A stretch of DNA of 64,000 nt from an uncultured Acidimicrobiia bacterium. Its GTDB lineage: Bacteria; Actinomycetota; Acidimicrobiia; Acidimicrobiales; AC-14. The position numbers and the translations under genes are program-made. The stretch is from positions 288,001 to 352,000 of the forward strand of contig CAWIIV010000015.1 of the NCBI GenBank assembly GCA_963836205.1, written 5' to 3'. Below are positions 12,211 through 25,620 of the stretch, one piece after another. Under the pieces are notes generated by a model. That model was not told the origin of the DNA and searched no databases. It worked only from the letters and a program-made list of their open reading frames with translations. Each line of letters starts with the position of its first letter. Position 1 is the stretch's first letter.

Positions 12211-12788
12211 GGGCGGAAGGTGTCGGCCAGATCAAGGGAGAAGCCGGGCAGGAGCGGCGTGACGAGCAGGTCGCCGACGGTCACCGAGTACGTGCGGCCG
12301 AAGCCGGCGACGTCGACCGCCACTCGCAGGTGGACGGTGATCTTGCGGGCCGGGGGGTCGACCAGCCACAGCTCGGCCGACCCCGCCTCCCCGTAGCGGC
12401 GGCGCTTGACGCCGGAGTCGTGGCGCCACGTGGCCGGCGAGCGGACCTCGACGATCAGCTCGGGCACCGAGTCGAGCCGGCCGGCGGCGGCGTCGGCACG
12501 GCCGTCGCGGGCCCACCACACGTCGGGGGCGTAGACGTTGGTGGGGTTGACCGTGACCGCGACCGGCAGCCCGGCGACGCCCCGACCGGCCTTGGCGCCG
12601 GTGAAGGTGACCAGCTTGGCGAAGATCCGCCCCGCCACCGCCTGGTGGGTCTCGCCGGGGGCGTCGACCACCGCCTCCCCGTCGACCAGCTGCACCTTCA
12701 CGCCCGGGGGCCAGGTGCGGGCCCGGAACGCCTCCGCGGTGAGTCCCTTGGCCAGCACCGTCCCGTCCGCCGGCGCGTCGGCCGCCAA
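12207..12788 (-). CDS. Uma2 (DUF820) family endonuclease
   Basis: QLVDGE...HQ...APDV...PELIVEVRSP...KRRRY...LWLVDP; start uncertain. Confidence 0.85.
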   Translation of the reverse strand: MAADAPADGTVLAKGLTAEAFRARTWPPGVKVQLVDGEAVVDAPGETHQAVAGRIFAKLVTFTGAKAGRGVAGLPVAVTVNPTNVYAPDVWWARDGRADAAAGRLDSVPELIVEVRSPATWRHDSGVKRRRYGEAGSAELWLVDPPARKITVHLRVAVDVAGFGRTYSVTVGDLLVTPLLPGFSLDLADTFRP

Positions 12789-12792
12789 AGAG

Positions 12793-13998
12793 CTAGGACA
12801 GGTCCTTGCGGATGAGCTGCACCCGCCGGGACACCGCGTTGGGGTCGTCGCCCTGGATCTCCAGGAGCGCCTGGCGGTCGGCCTCCGCCTCCGCCTCCGC
12901 CCCCTCGTCGGCCGCCGCCAGCCGGGCCTCGACTCCCTCCGCCACCAGCCTCTCGGCCTCGTCGACCAGGGCCGAGACCATGTCGGCCTCCGCCACCACC
13001 CGGACGATCTTGCCCTTCACGAACAGGTGGCCCCGGCCCTTGCCGGCGGCGATGCCCAGGTCGGCCATCTTCGCCTCCCCCGGACCGTTGACCACGCAGC
13101 CCATGACGGCCACCTGGATGGGCAGGTTGCGGTCGGCCAGGGCCATCTCCGCCTCCTTGGCCACCCGGATGACGTCGATCTCGGCCCGCCCGCACGACGG
13201 GCAGGCGATGAGGTCGACCGTCTTGCGCTCCCGCAGGCCGAGCGCCTCCAGCAGCTGGCGGCCGGCCCTCGCCTCCTCCACCGGGTCGGCGGTGAGCGAG
13301 TAGCGGATGGTGTCGCCGATGCCCTCGGCCAGCAGGGCGCCGATGCCGGCGGTGGCCTTGATGAGGCCGTTGGGCGGGGGCCCTGCCTCGGTGACGCCCA
13401 GGTGGAGGGGATAGTCGACGGTGTCGGCCAGCTGGCGGTAGGCCTCGATCATCAGGGGGACGTTGGACGCCTTGACCGAGATCTTGACGTCGTAGAAGTC
13501 GACCTCGGCGAAGTAGGCCAGTTCCCGCTGGGCCGAGGCGACCAGGGCCTCGGGGGTCGTGCCGAGCTTGTCCTCTATATCGCGGTCGAGGGAGCCGGCG
13601 TTGACCCCGATGCGGATGGGCACGCCCCGGGCCTTGGCCTCCTGCGCCACCAGCTTGATCTGGGCCGGCTTGCGGATGTTGCCGGGGTTGAGTCGCAGGC
13701 AGGCGACCCCCGCATCGAGGGCGGCCAGGGCCAGTTGGTAGTGGTAGTGGATGTCGGCCACGATCGGCACGGGCGACCGGGGCACGATGCGGGCCAGGCC
13801 CTCGGCCGCTTCGGGCTCGTTGCACGTGCAGCGGACGATGTCGGCCCCGGCGCCGGCCAGGTCGTAGATCTGGGCCAGGGTGGCCTCGACGTCGGCCGTG
13901 CGGGTGATCGTCATCGACTGCACCGTCACCGGCGCACCCCCGCCCACGGGCACCGATCCGACCATGATCGGCCGGGTAATCCGACGGCTGGAGATCAT
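12793..13998 (-). CDS. ispG: 4-hydroxy-3-methylbut-2-en-1-yl diphosphate synthase
   Basis: VQSMT, RLNPGNI, PLHLGVTEAG, CPSCGR, MGCVVNGPGE. Confidence 0.97.
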   Translation of the reverse strand: MISSRRITRPIMVGSVPVGGGAPVTVQSMTITRTADVEATLAQIYDLAGAGADIVRCTCNEPEAAEGLARIVPRSPVPIVADIHYHYQLALAALDAGVACLRLNPGNIRKPAQIKLVAQEAKARGVPIRIGVNAGSLDRDIEDKLGTTPEALVASAQRELAYFAEVDFYDVKISVKASNVPLMIEAYRQLADTVDYPLHLGVTEAGPPPNGLIKATAGIGALLAEGIGDTIRYSLTADPVEEARAGRQLLEALGLRERKTVDLIACPSCGRAEIDVIRVAKEAEMALADRNLPIQVAVMGCVVNGPGEAKMADLGIAAGKGRGHLFVKGKIVRVVAEADMVSALVDEAERLVAEGVEARLAAADEGAEAEAEADRQALLEIQGDDPNAVSRRVQLIRKDLS

Positions 13999-14024
13999 AG
14001 GCACCAGTCTTCCACCAACCCTCG

Positions 14025-14073
14025 AACTGGTGACACCCAACGCCCCTTCTGAGGGCGGCGGATGTCACCAGTT
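14025..14073. repeat. REP-like 49-bp palindrome
   Basis: AACTGGTGACA-N27-TGTCACCAGTT. Confidence 0.9.
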
Positions 14074-14116
14074 GGGACGGGAGGGCCTACCTGCTTACCT
14101 ACTGGAACGGCCTGCT

Positions 14117-15535
14117 TTACTGGAACGGGTTGCCGACGGGCTTGAAGATGTCGAGGTAGATCGACGTCAGGCCCAGCAGCACCATGAAGACCACCACCGC
14201 CGCGGTCAGGGGCATGAGCTTGCCCACGTCGGCGTAGTACCGGCGGCCGGCCCGGGAGCGCAGCCGCTCGTAGGTGGCCACTGCGATGTGTCCGCCGTCG
14301 AAGGGCAGCAGCGGCACCAGGTTGAGGACGGCAACGAACAGGTTAAGCAGCACCAGCACGTAGATGACGTTGAAGGCCCCGCTCTCGGCGGCCTGGCCCG
14401 CGATGCGGGTGACGCCGACGACCGAGACCGGCCGCAGGTCCTCGGTACCCGGCGTGGGGCTGCCCGTGAGGTGGTTGGCGTAGTCCTTCAACGAGCTGGG
14501 GGTGAAGATCGTGCCCAGGCCCTGGACCGAGGCGGTGGTGAGCCGCCACATCTCACTGCCCGAACGTCCGACGGCGGCGACCGGTCCCAGCTTCTCGGTG
14601 ATCGACGCCGACCCGATGCCGATGAATCCGATGGTGGCACCCTCGCGGTCGATGGCCGCCGGGGTGGCGGTGAGGGTCAGCTGCGCACCGTCACGCTCGA
14701 CGAGGAACCGCAGCGGCCGGTCGGCGCTCTTCTGGATCATGGGGGGCATGTCGGCCCACTTCGTGATCGGGGTGCCGTCGACGGCCAGGATGCGGTCGCC
14801 GGTCATGAACCCGGCGTCGACCGCGGGGGCCTGGCCCGAGTCGAGCCGGCTGATGGTGCCGATGACGGGCTGGTCGTTGCGAGGCACGCCAAGCAGCGTC
14901 CACATGAACATGAGGAGGACGAAGGCGACCACGAAATGGGTGACGACTCCGGCCACCGCCACGATGACCCGCTTGGGGTAGCTCTGCTGGCGGTAGGTGC
15001 GGGGCTCGTCGGCGGGGTCGATGCCCCGCTCGAGGTTGCTCATCCCGATGATCTTCACGTAGCCGCCCAGGGGCAGGGCCTTGATGCCGTAGACGGTCTC
15101 ACCCCGCCGGATCGACCACAGCTTGGGGCCGAAGCCGAAGAAGAACTCGGTGACCTTCATGCCGGCCCACTTGGCGGTGACGAAGTGACCGAACTCGTGG
15201 ATCATGACCATGGCGACGATCGCCAGGACGAACGCCACCACCGGGAAGCTTCCGGCGGAGATCGACCAGACGACCCCCACCGCGATGGCGGCGAAGATCG
15301 GGATCAGCTTGCTCAGGCTCTCGTGGGTGGGCAGGGCGGCTGCGCTGCTGGTCTCGGGGCTGCTGGTCTCGGGGCTGCCGGCTTCGGGGCTGCCGGCTTC
15401 GGGGCTGCCGGCTTCGGGGGTCCCGGTCTTGGGAGTCACGGACGAAGTGGTCGTTTCTGTCCTCTGGGGCTCGACGGCGACCTGGTGGTCGCCGGGGGTC
15501 GTGGTCTGGGATGAATGACGGCCTGTGTCTGTCAC
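14117..15535 (-). CDS. rseP: M50 site-2 zinc metalloprotease with PDZ domain (RseP/Rip1)
   Basis: HEFGH, LPLGGYVKI, NLVPLLPFDGGH; between dxr and ispG. Confidence 0.93.
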   Translation of the reverse strand: MTDTGRHSSQTTTPGDHQVAVEPQRTETTTSSVTPKTGTPEAGSPEAGSPEAGSPETSSPETSSAAALPTHESLSKLIPIFAAIAVGVVWSISAGSFPVVAFVLAIVAMVMIHEFGHFVTAKWAGMKVTEFFFGFGPKLWSIRRGETVYGIKALPLGGYVKIIGMSNLERGIDPADEPRTYRQQSYPKRVIVAVAGVVTHFVVAFVLLMFMWTLLGVPRNDQPVIGTISRLDSGQAPAVDAGFMTGDRILAVDGTPITKWADMPPMIQKSADRPLRFLVERDGAQLTLTATPAAIDREGATIGFIGIGSASITEKLGPVAAVGRSGSEMWRLTTASVQGLGTIFTPSSLKDYANHLTGSPTPGTEDLRPVSVVGVTRIAGQAAESGAFNVIYVLVLLNLFVAVLNLVPLLPFDGGHIAVATYERLRSRAGRRYYADVGKLMPLTAAVVVFMVLLGLTSIYLDIFKPVGNPFQ

Positions 15536-16719
15536 GCCGCTGCAACTCTCCGTTCTACGGCCCGCCTGGCCAGCTCCCGAGCTTTTCGGTCGGCTTCGAT
15601 GACAACGTCGGCGTCGACCGGATCGGTTCCATCATGCCCATCGAGAGTTTCTTTTATGACTTCGGAGATGGCCGACCACCGCAGCATCCCGTCGAGGAAG
15701 GCGGCGACCGCCACCTCGTTGGCCGCGTTGAGCCAGGCGGGGGCGGTGCCGCCGGTGCGGCCGGCCGCGTAGGCCAGGCCCAGGCAGGGGAAGGCGTCGA
15801 GGTCGGGGGGCTCGAAGTCGAGGCGGGCGGCCTGGGTCCAGTCGAGGGCGCCGAAGGCCACGCCGCTGCGGTCGGGGTAGGCCAGGGCGTAGCCGATCGG
15901 CAGGCGCATGTCGGGGTTGGAGAGCTGGGCGATCACCGCCCCGTCGGTGAACTCCACCATCGAGTGCACGATCGACTGGGGGTGGACGACGACCTGGATG
16001 CGGTCGTAGTCGGCACCGAACAGCTCGTGGGCCTCGATCACCTCCAGACCCTTGTTCATCAGGGTCGACGAGTCGACGGTGATCTTGGGCCCCATCGACC
16101 ACGTGGGGTGCTTGAGGGCGTCGGCGATGGAGACGTCGGCCAGCTCGGACCGGCTCCGGCCCCGGAACGGTCCCCCGCTGGCGGTGAGGACGATGCGGGC
16201 CAGGCGGTCGTCGACGCTGCGCCCATCGGGGCCGACGGCGTTGGCCCGCAGGCACTGGTGGACGGCGCAGTGCTCGGAGTCGACGGGCACGATCTCGGCC
16301 CCGGGCGTGCGCTTGGCCACCGCCACCACCGGCCCCGCCGCGATCAGGGATTCCTTGTTGGCCAGGGCCAGCCGGTGGCCGGCATGGAGGGCGGCGAGGG
16401 TGACGGTGAGCCCGGCGAAGCCGACCACCCCGTTGACCACCACGTCGGCGGCGCCGGCGATGGCAGCCAACGAGTCGGGGCCGGCGTGGATCTCGACGCT
16501 GGTTCCTGCGGGGAGGGCCGCTTTGAGGTCGGCGGCCCGGGAAGCGTCGGCGATGGCGACCACGTCCGGCCGGAACTCCTCGACCTGGGCGGCCAACTGG
16601 TCCACCGAGGTGGAGGCCCCGAGGGCGACGATCCGGTAGCGATCGGGCTCGGCCCGGACGACCTCGAGCGTCTGGCGCCCGATGGAGCCGGTGGAGCCCA
16701 CCAGGCTGACGGTCTTCAC
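15532..16719 (-). CDS. dxr: 1-deoxy-D-xylulose-5-phosphate reductoisomerase
   Basis: GSTGSIG, LANKESL, PVDSEH, HPTWSMGPKIT. Confidence 0.98.
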   Translation of the reverse strand: MKTVSLVGSTGSIGRQTLEVVRAEPDRYRIVALGASTSVDQLAAQVEEFRPDVVAIADASRAADLKAALPAGTSVEIHAGPDSLAAIAGAADVVVNGVVGFAGLTVTLAALHAGHRLALANKESLIAAGPVVAVAKRTPGAEIVPVDSEHCAVHQCLRANAVGPDGRSVDDRLARIVLTASGGPFRGRSRSELADVSIADALKHPTWSMGPKITVDSSTLMNKGLEVIEAHELFGADYDRIQVVVHPQSIVHSMVEFTDGAVIAQLSNPDMRLPIGYALAYPDRSGVAFGALDWTQAARLDFEPPDLDAFPCLGLAYAAGRTGGTAPAWLNAANEVAVAAFLDGMLRWSAISEVIKETLDGHDGTDPVDADVVIEADRKARELARRAVERRVAAA

Positions 16720-16741
16720 CGGGCGCCGCTCACCATGGCGG

Positions 16742-19153
<2,412 letters not shown>

Positions 19154-19242
19154 GTGCCCTCCTTCTCGAGGCTTCCGCCCCGCCCGGCCGTCCGCTCCCA
19201 GCCGGGCGCGGCGGTCCGGTTCCCCCGGTCAGACCCAATTGC

Positions 19243-19800
19243 TCAGACCTCGAGCAGCTCCTGCTCCTTGCGTGCCAGCATGCTGTCGATCTCGGCCACG
19301 TACTCGTGGGTGACCTTCTCCAACTCCTTCTCGGCCCGGTCGAGCTCGTCGAGGGAGATCTCGCCGTCCTTCTCCAGTGCCTCCAATTCGTGGCGGGACG
19401 CCCGGCGGACGTTGCGAACCGCCACCCGTCCCTCCTCGGCCTTGTGCTTGACCACCTTCACCAGATCCTTCCGACGCTCGGTGGTGAGCTGGGGAAAGTT
19501 AAGTCGGATCACGACCCCGTCGTTCGACGGGGTAATGCCGAGGTCGGAGTGCTGGATGGCCCGCTCGATGGCCTTGATCGAGTTCTTGTCGTAGGGAGCC
19601 ACGACGAGCAGCCGGGGTTCGGGGACGGTGAAGCCGGCCAGCTGCTGTAGGGGCACTTCGCTGCCGTAGTAGTCGACCCTCAGCTTCTCGACCAGGGCGG
19701 GCGTGGCTCGGCCGGTGCGGACGCTGGAGAACTCGGACTGGGTGTGGCTGACGGCCTTGGACATCTTCTCGGCCGTCTGGAGCAGGACATCGTCGGTCAT
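19243..19800 (-). CDS. frr: Ribosome recycling factor
   Basis: VRTGRATP, VDYYG, LTTERRK, VAVRNVRR. Confidence 0.97.
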   Translation of the reverse strand: MTDDVLLQTAEKMSKAVSHTQSEFSSVRTGRATPALVEKLRVDYYGSEVPLQQLAGFTVPEPRLLVVAPYDKNSIKAIERAIQHSDLGITPSNDGVVIRLNFPQLTTERRKDLVKVVKHKAEEGRVAVRNVRRASRHELEALEKDGEISLDELDRAEKELEKVTHEYVAEIDSMLARKEQELLEV

Positions 19801-19831
19801 CGGCTCACCGATCGCCGAGCATTTGGGCCCG

Positions 19832-20566
19832 TCATGAGACAAGCGTACCGATCGGCTCACCTTCGAGTACGCGTCTGATGTTGCCCGGCACCATCAGGTC
19901 GAACACGACGATGGGCAGCTTGTTGTCCATACAGAAGGTGATGGCGGTGGAGTCCATGATCTTCAGGCCCCGGTTGAGCACCTCGATGTAGGCCACCTCG
20001 TCGAACTTGGCCGCATCGGGGTTGAGGAGGGGGTCGTCGGTGTAGACCCCGTCGACGCCGGAGTGGGTGCCTTTGAGGATGGCCTGGGCCCCGATCTCGG
20101 CCGCACGCAGGGCGGCGGTGGTGTCGGTGGTGAAGTAGGGGTTGCCGGTGCCGCCGGCAAGGATCACGACGATGCCCTTCTCCAGGTGGCGCTGGGCCCG
20201 GCGGCGGATGTAGGGCTCGGCCACCCGGTCCATCTGGATGGCGGTCATCACCCGGGTGGGCTCGCCCAGCTTCTCGAGGGCGTCCTGGAGGGCAAGGCCG
20301 TTGATGACGGTGGCGAGCATGCCCATGGTGTCGGCCTGGGCCCGGTCCATGCCCGCGCCCGCACCGGCCATCCCCCGCCAAATGTTGCCCCCGCCGACGA
20401 CGATGGCCACTTCGGTGCCCAGGTCGTGGCGGACCTCGGCCACCTCGCCCGCGATCCGGGCGACCACCTCGCCGTCGATGCCGTACCCGATGGATTCGTC
20501 GGCGAAGGCCTCACCCGACAACTTGAGGATGACCCGCTGCCAGCGCTCCCGCCGGGCCCCGGGCAC
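19832..20566 (-). CDS. pyrH: UMP kinase
   Basis: [23 protein letters not shown]. Confidence 0.97.
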   Translation of the reverse strand: MPGARRERWQRVILKLSGEAFADESIGYGIDGEVVARIAGEVAEVRHDLGTEVAIVVGGGNIWRGMAGAGAGMDRAQADTMGMLATVINGLALQDALEKLGEPTRVMTAIQMDRVAEPYIRRRAQRHLEKGIVVILAGGTGNPYFTTDTTAALRAAEIGAQAILKGTHSGVDGVYTDDPLLNPDAAKFDEVAYIEVLNRGLKIMDSTAITFCMDNKLPIVVFDLMVPGNIRRVLEGEPIGTLVS

Positions 20567-21360
20567 TATCGGCCGATCTCCACCTGGGCGAATCGGGTGA
20601 GCTTGGCCGGCCCCAGGAGGGCGGTGATCGTCTGCTTGTTGTCCTTGACGAAGGACTGGTCGAGCAGGACGTGCTCCTTGTACCAACCGCCCAGGCGGCC
20701 CTCGACGATCTTGGCGATGGCCTGCTCGGGCTTGCCCTCGTTGCGGCTGATGGCCTCGAGCGTCTGGCGCTCCTCGGCGACGCGCTCGGCGGGCACGTCG
20801 TTGCGGGACAGGTACGCGGGCCGGGAAAAGCCCACGTGGAGGGCAATGTCGTGGGCCATTTCCTGCGTACCCCCGACGACCTCGACCAACACCGCGTTGA
20901 CGCCCCGGTCGTTCTGGATGTGGAGGTAGCTGTCGAGGACGGCGCCGTCGGCGGCCTCGAAGCGCACCACCCGGCCCACCGCGATGTTCTCCTTGAGCGT
21001 GAGGACGAGGTCGTCGACCGCGCTCTGGTGGGCGGCGACGGCCGACTCGCCGTCGGTGGCCACGGCCCGGGCGAGCGTGTCTACCAGCGCCTTGAAGGCG
21101 GGCGACTTGGCGACGTAGTCGGTCTCGCTCTTGAGCTCGACGATGGCGGCCGCGGTGGGCGTGGTGGCGATGGCGACCGCCCCCTGCTCGTTGGCCCGGC
21201 TGGCCTTCTCGACGGCCTTGGTGAGGCCCTTCTCCCGGAGCCACTTGGCCGCCGCCTCGGCGTCGCCGTCGTTCTCGGTGAGGGCCCGCTTGGCGTCCAT
21301 CATCCCGGCACCGGTGGCCTGGCGGAGGGCCTGGACGTCTTTGGCGGTGAAGTCGACCAT
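20566..21360 (-). CDS. tsf: Elongation factor Ts
   Basis: [27 protein letters not shown]. Confidence 0.97.
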   Translation of the reverse strand: MVDFTAKDVQALRQATGAGMMDAKRALTENDGDAEAAAKWLREKGLTKAVEKASRANEQGAVAIATTPTAAAIVELKSETDYVAKSPAFKALVDTLARAVATDGESAVAAHQSAVDDLVLTLKENIAVGRVVRFEAADGAVLDSYLHIQNDRGVNAVLVEVVGGTQEMAHDIALHVGFSRPAYLSRNDVPAERVAEERQTLEAISRNEGKPEQAIAKIVEGRLGGWYKEHVLLDQSFVKDNKQTITALLGPAKLTRFAQVEIGR

Positions 21361-21362
21361 GC

Positions 21363-22469
21363 TCAGGCCTCCGGGGTGTCGCCCGCGGCCGCCGGTCCGG
21401 GGCCGGCGGGGACGGCGGGCGCGACTGCGTCGGTGGACGCGGGGGCGAGGGTGGGGGCCAGCTCGGCACCGCCCACCTGGTGGACGTCGGCGGTGTCGGC
21501 GTCGTCGGGACCGACGACCCGCATGCCCGAATTGTCGTTGGTGGCGCCGTGCTCGGCGAGGGCGCTGAGGGTGGCGGCAGGCATGTCGTCGCCCGGAGGC
21601 GCGAAGTCGGCGGCCTGCTGGTGGCGGCGGGTGGCGGCCAGGCGGGCCTCCCGCTCCTGGGCCTGGAGGGCGGCCTGGCGCCGCGCTTCGGCCTGCAGGT
21701 GCTGGCGCCGGGCCTCGGCCTCGGGGTCGGGGGCATCGGCCGTGGGCTTGGGCGAGGCCGCGACCGCCTTGGCGTGGCGCCGGGACGCGATGTGGCGGCC
21801 TTCCTCGACCGCGTCGGAGATGATGCGGCACATCAGGTTGCCGGCCCGGATGGCGTCGTCGTTGCCCGGGATCACGTACTGGATGAGGTCGGGGTCGCAG
21901 TTGGTGTCGACCACGGCCACGATCGGCATCCCGAGCTTGTTGGCCTCGGTGACGGCGATGTGCTCCTTCTTGGTGTCGATGATGAACACCGCGTCGGGAA
22001 GCTTGGCCAGGTTGCGGATACCGCCCAGGTTGCGCTGCAGCTTCTCCAGCTCACGGCTGAGGATGAGCGCCTCCTTCTTGGGCATGGCCTCGAAGTCGCC
22101 CGCCTCCTTCATCCGCTCGTACTCCTGCATCTTCTTCACCCGGGCACTGATGGTGGAGAAGTTGGTGAGCATCCCGCCCAGCCAACGCTCGTTGATGAAG
22201 GGCATGCCGCACTTGCGGGCGTGGTCGGCGATGGGGTCCTGGGTCTGCTTCTTGGTGCCGACGAAGAGGATCGTGCCCCCGTCGGCGACCATGTCGCGCA
22301 CGAACGTATAGGCGGTGTTGATGCGAACCAGGGTCTGGTTGAGGTCGATGATGTAGATGCCGTTGCGCTCGCCGAAGATGAAGCGGCGCATCTTGGGGTT
22401 CCAGCGCCGGGTCTGGTGTCCGAAGTGGACCCCTGCCTCCAGCAACTGCTTCATGGTGACGACAGCCAT
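21363..22469 (-). CDS. rpsB: 30S ribosomal protein S2 with C-terminal extension
   Basis: [27 protein letters not shown]. Confidence 0.98.
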   Translation of the reverse strand: MAVVTMKQLLEAGVHFGHQTRRWNPKMRRFIFGERNGIYIIDLNQTLVRINTAYTFVRDMVADGGTILFVGTKKQTQDPIADHARKCGMPFINERWLGGMLTNFSTISARVKKMQEYERMKEAGDFEAMPKKEALILSRELEKLQRNLGGIRNLAKLPDAVFIIDTKKEHIAVTEANKLGMPIVAVVDTNCDPDLIQYVIPGNDDAIRAGNLMCRIISDAVEEGRHIASRRHAKAVAASPKPTADAPDPEAEARRQHLQAEARRQAALQAQEREARLAATRRHQQAADFAPPGDDMPAATLSALAEHGATNDNSGMRVVGPDDADTADVHQVGGAELAPTLAPASTDAVAPAVPAGPGPAAAGDTPEA

Positions 22470-22580
22470 GGTTTTCTCCTCTCCCACCGGTTGGTCGTGC
22501 CCGGCGCCACGCCCCCGCAGGGGCGACCGTGGGACGGCGCGAGGCATGTTGAATCCCGGGTGCGAGGTGCTCCGGGGCCA

Positions 22581-23815
22581 TCAGTCTACGCCCCGGCCGG
22601 CGGTGGCGACATCGAGGGCGATGAGGTGGTTGGACCGGGCCTCCCGGGTGCCCACGAGGAGGAGGCCGTCGGAGGTCATGGCCACGCCGCTCACCCGGCC
22701 CGGCCAGTCGAGCACCCTCGGCTCCAGGCCCGGCCCGACCAGGAACAGCCGGCCGTCGTCGACGGGGAAGGCGAACGGTCCGTCGGGACTCGCTCCCACG
22801 GGCCCGCCCCTGACCGCGACCCCCGATGCGGCCGACCCGATCCACCGGTCGACGCCGGTGGCGGCGTCGACCAGCATGAGCCCCGCCAGCCGGTGGGCGA
22901 CGAGCACCTCGCCGTCGCCGAGGGGCAGGGGCGGCACCTCGGGCGAGCCCCTACCATCCGTTTCGGCCCGCCACCGCTCGCCACCGTCGGCCAGGTCGAG
23001 CCCGTGGGCGGCGATGTCGCCGGCCACCGCCACCACCACCGATCCGACTCAGACTCCGACTCCGACTCCGACTCCGACGAGAGGGGGACGATCGCCGGGG
23101 CTCCCAGCCCTCCGGGCACAAGGGGCACCGACCACCGCTGGCGCCCGTCGGCCCCGTCGACCACCACCGCCCCGGCGGAGTCGCCGAGCATCGACTCCCA
23201 CGTGACCGCCACTGCCGCGCCATCGGTAGCGGCGGGGCCAATGGCGGGCCCGGGCAGGGCCGTGCGCCATGCCACGCGGCCGTCGGCGAGGTCGAAGGCG
23301 GTGAGCGACCCCTCCCACGTGGAGACCACCGCCCGCCCGTCGACGATCACCGGCCCGTTGGCCCGCTCGCCCACCTCGGTGTCCCACCGGAGCTTCCCGG
23401 AGCGGCGGTCGACAGCCACGACCCCCTCCTCGGTGGCGGCGATGACCAGGTCGGACGTGAGCGCGGGCGCGACGTCGCGGAGGCCGACCCGCTCGAGCTC
23501 CCACCGCAGGGTGCCGTCGAGATCGAGGAGCACCACCCGGAGGTGGCCGTAGGTGAAGGCGACCCCGTCGTCGTCGGCCACCGGCATCCCGACCGACCCG
23601 GGGGGCTCCGCCGTCCAGCGCCAGGCCTCCTCGACCTCGATAGGGCGGTCGGCGCCCGCCGCCGCCGACTCGGTGGCGTCGGGGGCGGCCTCGCCCGGCG
23701 GGTCGGAGGCTCCGCGACCGCACCCGACAAGGGCTACGACGACGGTGAGGCCGAGCGCGAGCCCACCGAGGCGCCTGGGTGCCCGATCGCTCCGCCCGCG
23801 GAGAAGCATCGTCAT
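22581..23815 (-). pseudogene. PQQ-like beta-propeller lipoprotein, frameshifted near 23040
   Basis: Lipobox LVGC; repeated xxGxxxW blades continue in a second frame after the (SE)n repeat; may be a sequencing error. Confidence 0.75.
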
Positions 23816-25440
23816 GACGTACCTCGTTTCTTCTTGACCAAGTCGATGGGGGACGGGACGAACTGGTCGAGGCGGCGACCCCCGTACCAGGCGAGGGCCC
23901 CGAGCGAGTCCTCGGTCGACGCGATCCCCTGGGACACGAAGGCGTCGGCCATTGCGTCGGTGAAGCTCTGGCACGTGGGTGCCAGGTGGTTGACGGCCAG
24001 CGCGACCTCGCGCTCGGCCTGATCGGACCCGGTGAGGTCGTAGTGGTCGTTGAGAAGGCCAGGGACGGAGATGGTGACGCTCTTGGCACCGTCGTAGCCG
24101 GTTTGCCCGGCGGGCACGATCAGGTCGCCCCGGGCCCCGATCGACGTGGCGTGGAGGCCCTCGGGTAGCGGTCGCCGGTTGAGGTCGTGGATGAAGGACG
24201 AGGTTTCCGACAGCTGTTGGACCGACTCGCTCCGCGGGTCCCACGGCATGACCGTGCTTGCAAGCCACTCGCCGGCTCCGCCCACGGTGGTGAAGCCGAC
24301 CATCCTGCCGGCGGTGGCCAGGTTGGCGCCCTGGTGGGGACTGCCCAGCGTGACCAGCGACGACACCTGCGGGAGGGTGGGATCGAGCCCGTCGAACTCG
24401 TTCGTGAGCGCCTCCCGTGCCACCACCCCACCCTGGGAGTGGGCGATCACGTCGATCGGCACGCCGGGGTGGTCGCGCTCGAGCTGCTGCAGGTACTCCC
24501 GGAGGAGCCGGGCCGAATGACGCATGTCGACAGTGGTGTCGGGCGGCTCGTAGTCCGTCACCTCGGTGTTGGCGCCGCGGTAGGAGAAACGGGAGACATC
24601 ATCGGCGGCGTAGCCGAGGGCGGACGTGTCGAGGTCGTCGATGGCCGCTCCCCCGTCGACCGACTTGGAGCCGAGGCCGCCGACGAGCACCGCCAGGTGC
24701 CGAGCTTCGAGGCGGGGCTGGGCCACGGTGGCCGGCGTGCAGTCGGCGCGCTGGCGCAGCCACTCCCGTCCCGCGTCGGCGATGCGGACGACGTCGTCGA
24801 CGGGCGTCGCTTTCCACAAGTAGAGGGCGACGCCCTGCGCCTCCTCGATCTTGTCGCCGACCTGTCCCCGGACCCAGTCGACGGTCCACTCCGTGGCCTC
24901 CCGGCCCATATGGAGGAGCTGGCCCAGCAGCCCCGCCTTTTCGTCCTCCTCCGACCCCAGCCCGCGGTCGGCCTCGGGGACGAGGTGGACCTCGGGTGGC
25001 CCGTCGCCGAGGAGGAGCACCGGGTCGATGTAGACGTCGCCGATGCGGGCGCCGAAATGAAACGCGTCGGCCGCAGTCCCGACCCGTTGACCTTGGGTGA
25101 CGGTGTCTCCCCGGCGAACCTCGATCCCGCCGAGGAAGGCGTAGGTGGTGCGGACCCCGTCGGCGTGGAGTACGACCACGTGCAGCCGGCCACCAACCGA
25201 GCCGGCGAAGGAGACGACGCCGTCGGCCGCAGCCGCAACCGGCTCACCGTTGGCGGTGGCGTACTCGACGCCACGGTTGCCGGGCATCCACCGCTCGACC
25301 GGGGGCCGGAACGGGTCGACGATCGGGGCGTCGACCGGCGCACGGTAGGTGACCAGTTGGGGAGGCGCGGCGTGGGCCCAGGACGGCAGGGCCACCAGCA
25401 GCGCGAGAGGAACCGCCACCAGCACGGCAATTCGCCGCAT
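23812..25440 (-). CDS. Secreted M23-like domain fused to an alpha/beta hydrolase (lipase-like)
   Basis: Signal peptide; AAADGVVSFAG...H...TTY (M23-like); IAHSQGG and LVTLGSPHQG (hydrolase). Confidence 0.85.
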   Translation of the reverse strand: MRRIAVLVAVPLALLVALPSWAHAAPPQLVTYRAPVDAPIVDPFRPPVERWMPGNRGVEYATANGEPVAAAADGVVSFAGSVGGRLHVVVLHADGVRTTYAFLGGIEVRRGDTVTQGQRVGTAADAFHFGARIGDVYIDPVLLLGDGPPEVHLVPEADRGLGSEEDEKAGLLGQLLHMGREATEWTVDWVRGQVGDKIEEAQGVALYLWKATPVDDVVRIADAGREWLRQRADCTPATVAQPRLEARHLAVLVGGLGSKSVDGGAAIDDLDTSALGYAADDVSRFSYRGANTEVTDYEPPDTTVDMRHSARLLREYLQQLERDHPGVPIDVIAHSQGGVVAREALTNEFDGLDPTLPQVSSLVTLGSPHQGANLATAGRMVGFTTVGGAGEWLASTVMPWDPRSESVQQLSETSSFIHDLNRRPLPEGLHATSIGARGDLIVPAGQTGYDGAKSVTISVPGLLNDHYDLTGSDQAEREVALAVNHLAPTCQSFTDAMADAFVSQGIASTEDSLGALAWYGGRRLDQFVPSPIDLVKKKRGTS

Positions 25441-25620
25441 GGGAACCCCCCAGGGAGACGCGAGACGCTGGGGGGAAGTGGCGGGAGGTCAAAGACCACC
25501 GATTGACGCAGGATAGCGCGGGGGTGAGACAAGAACCAGCCCGGCGTCACCGCCGGGGAAGAGGTCCTACGGTCTGCGTGTCGCCCGCACCGGGTCGTGC
25601 CGAGGCCCGGCAGTCACCGC

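Noticed and set aside
23043-23078. Phase-variation tract explaining the PQQ frameshift
   Set aside because: Hexamer copy-number changes preserve frame; the shift is a separate 1-bp loss
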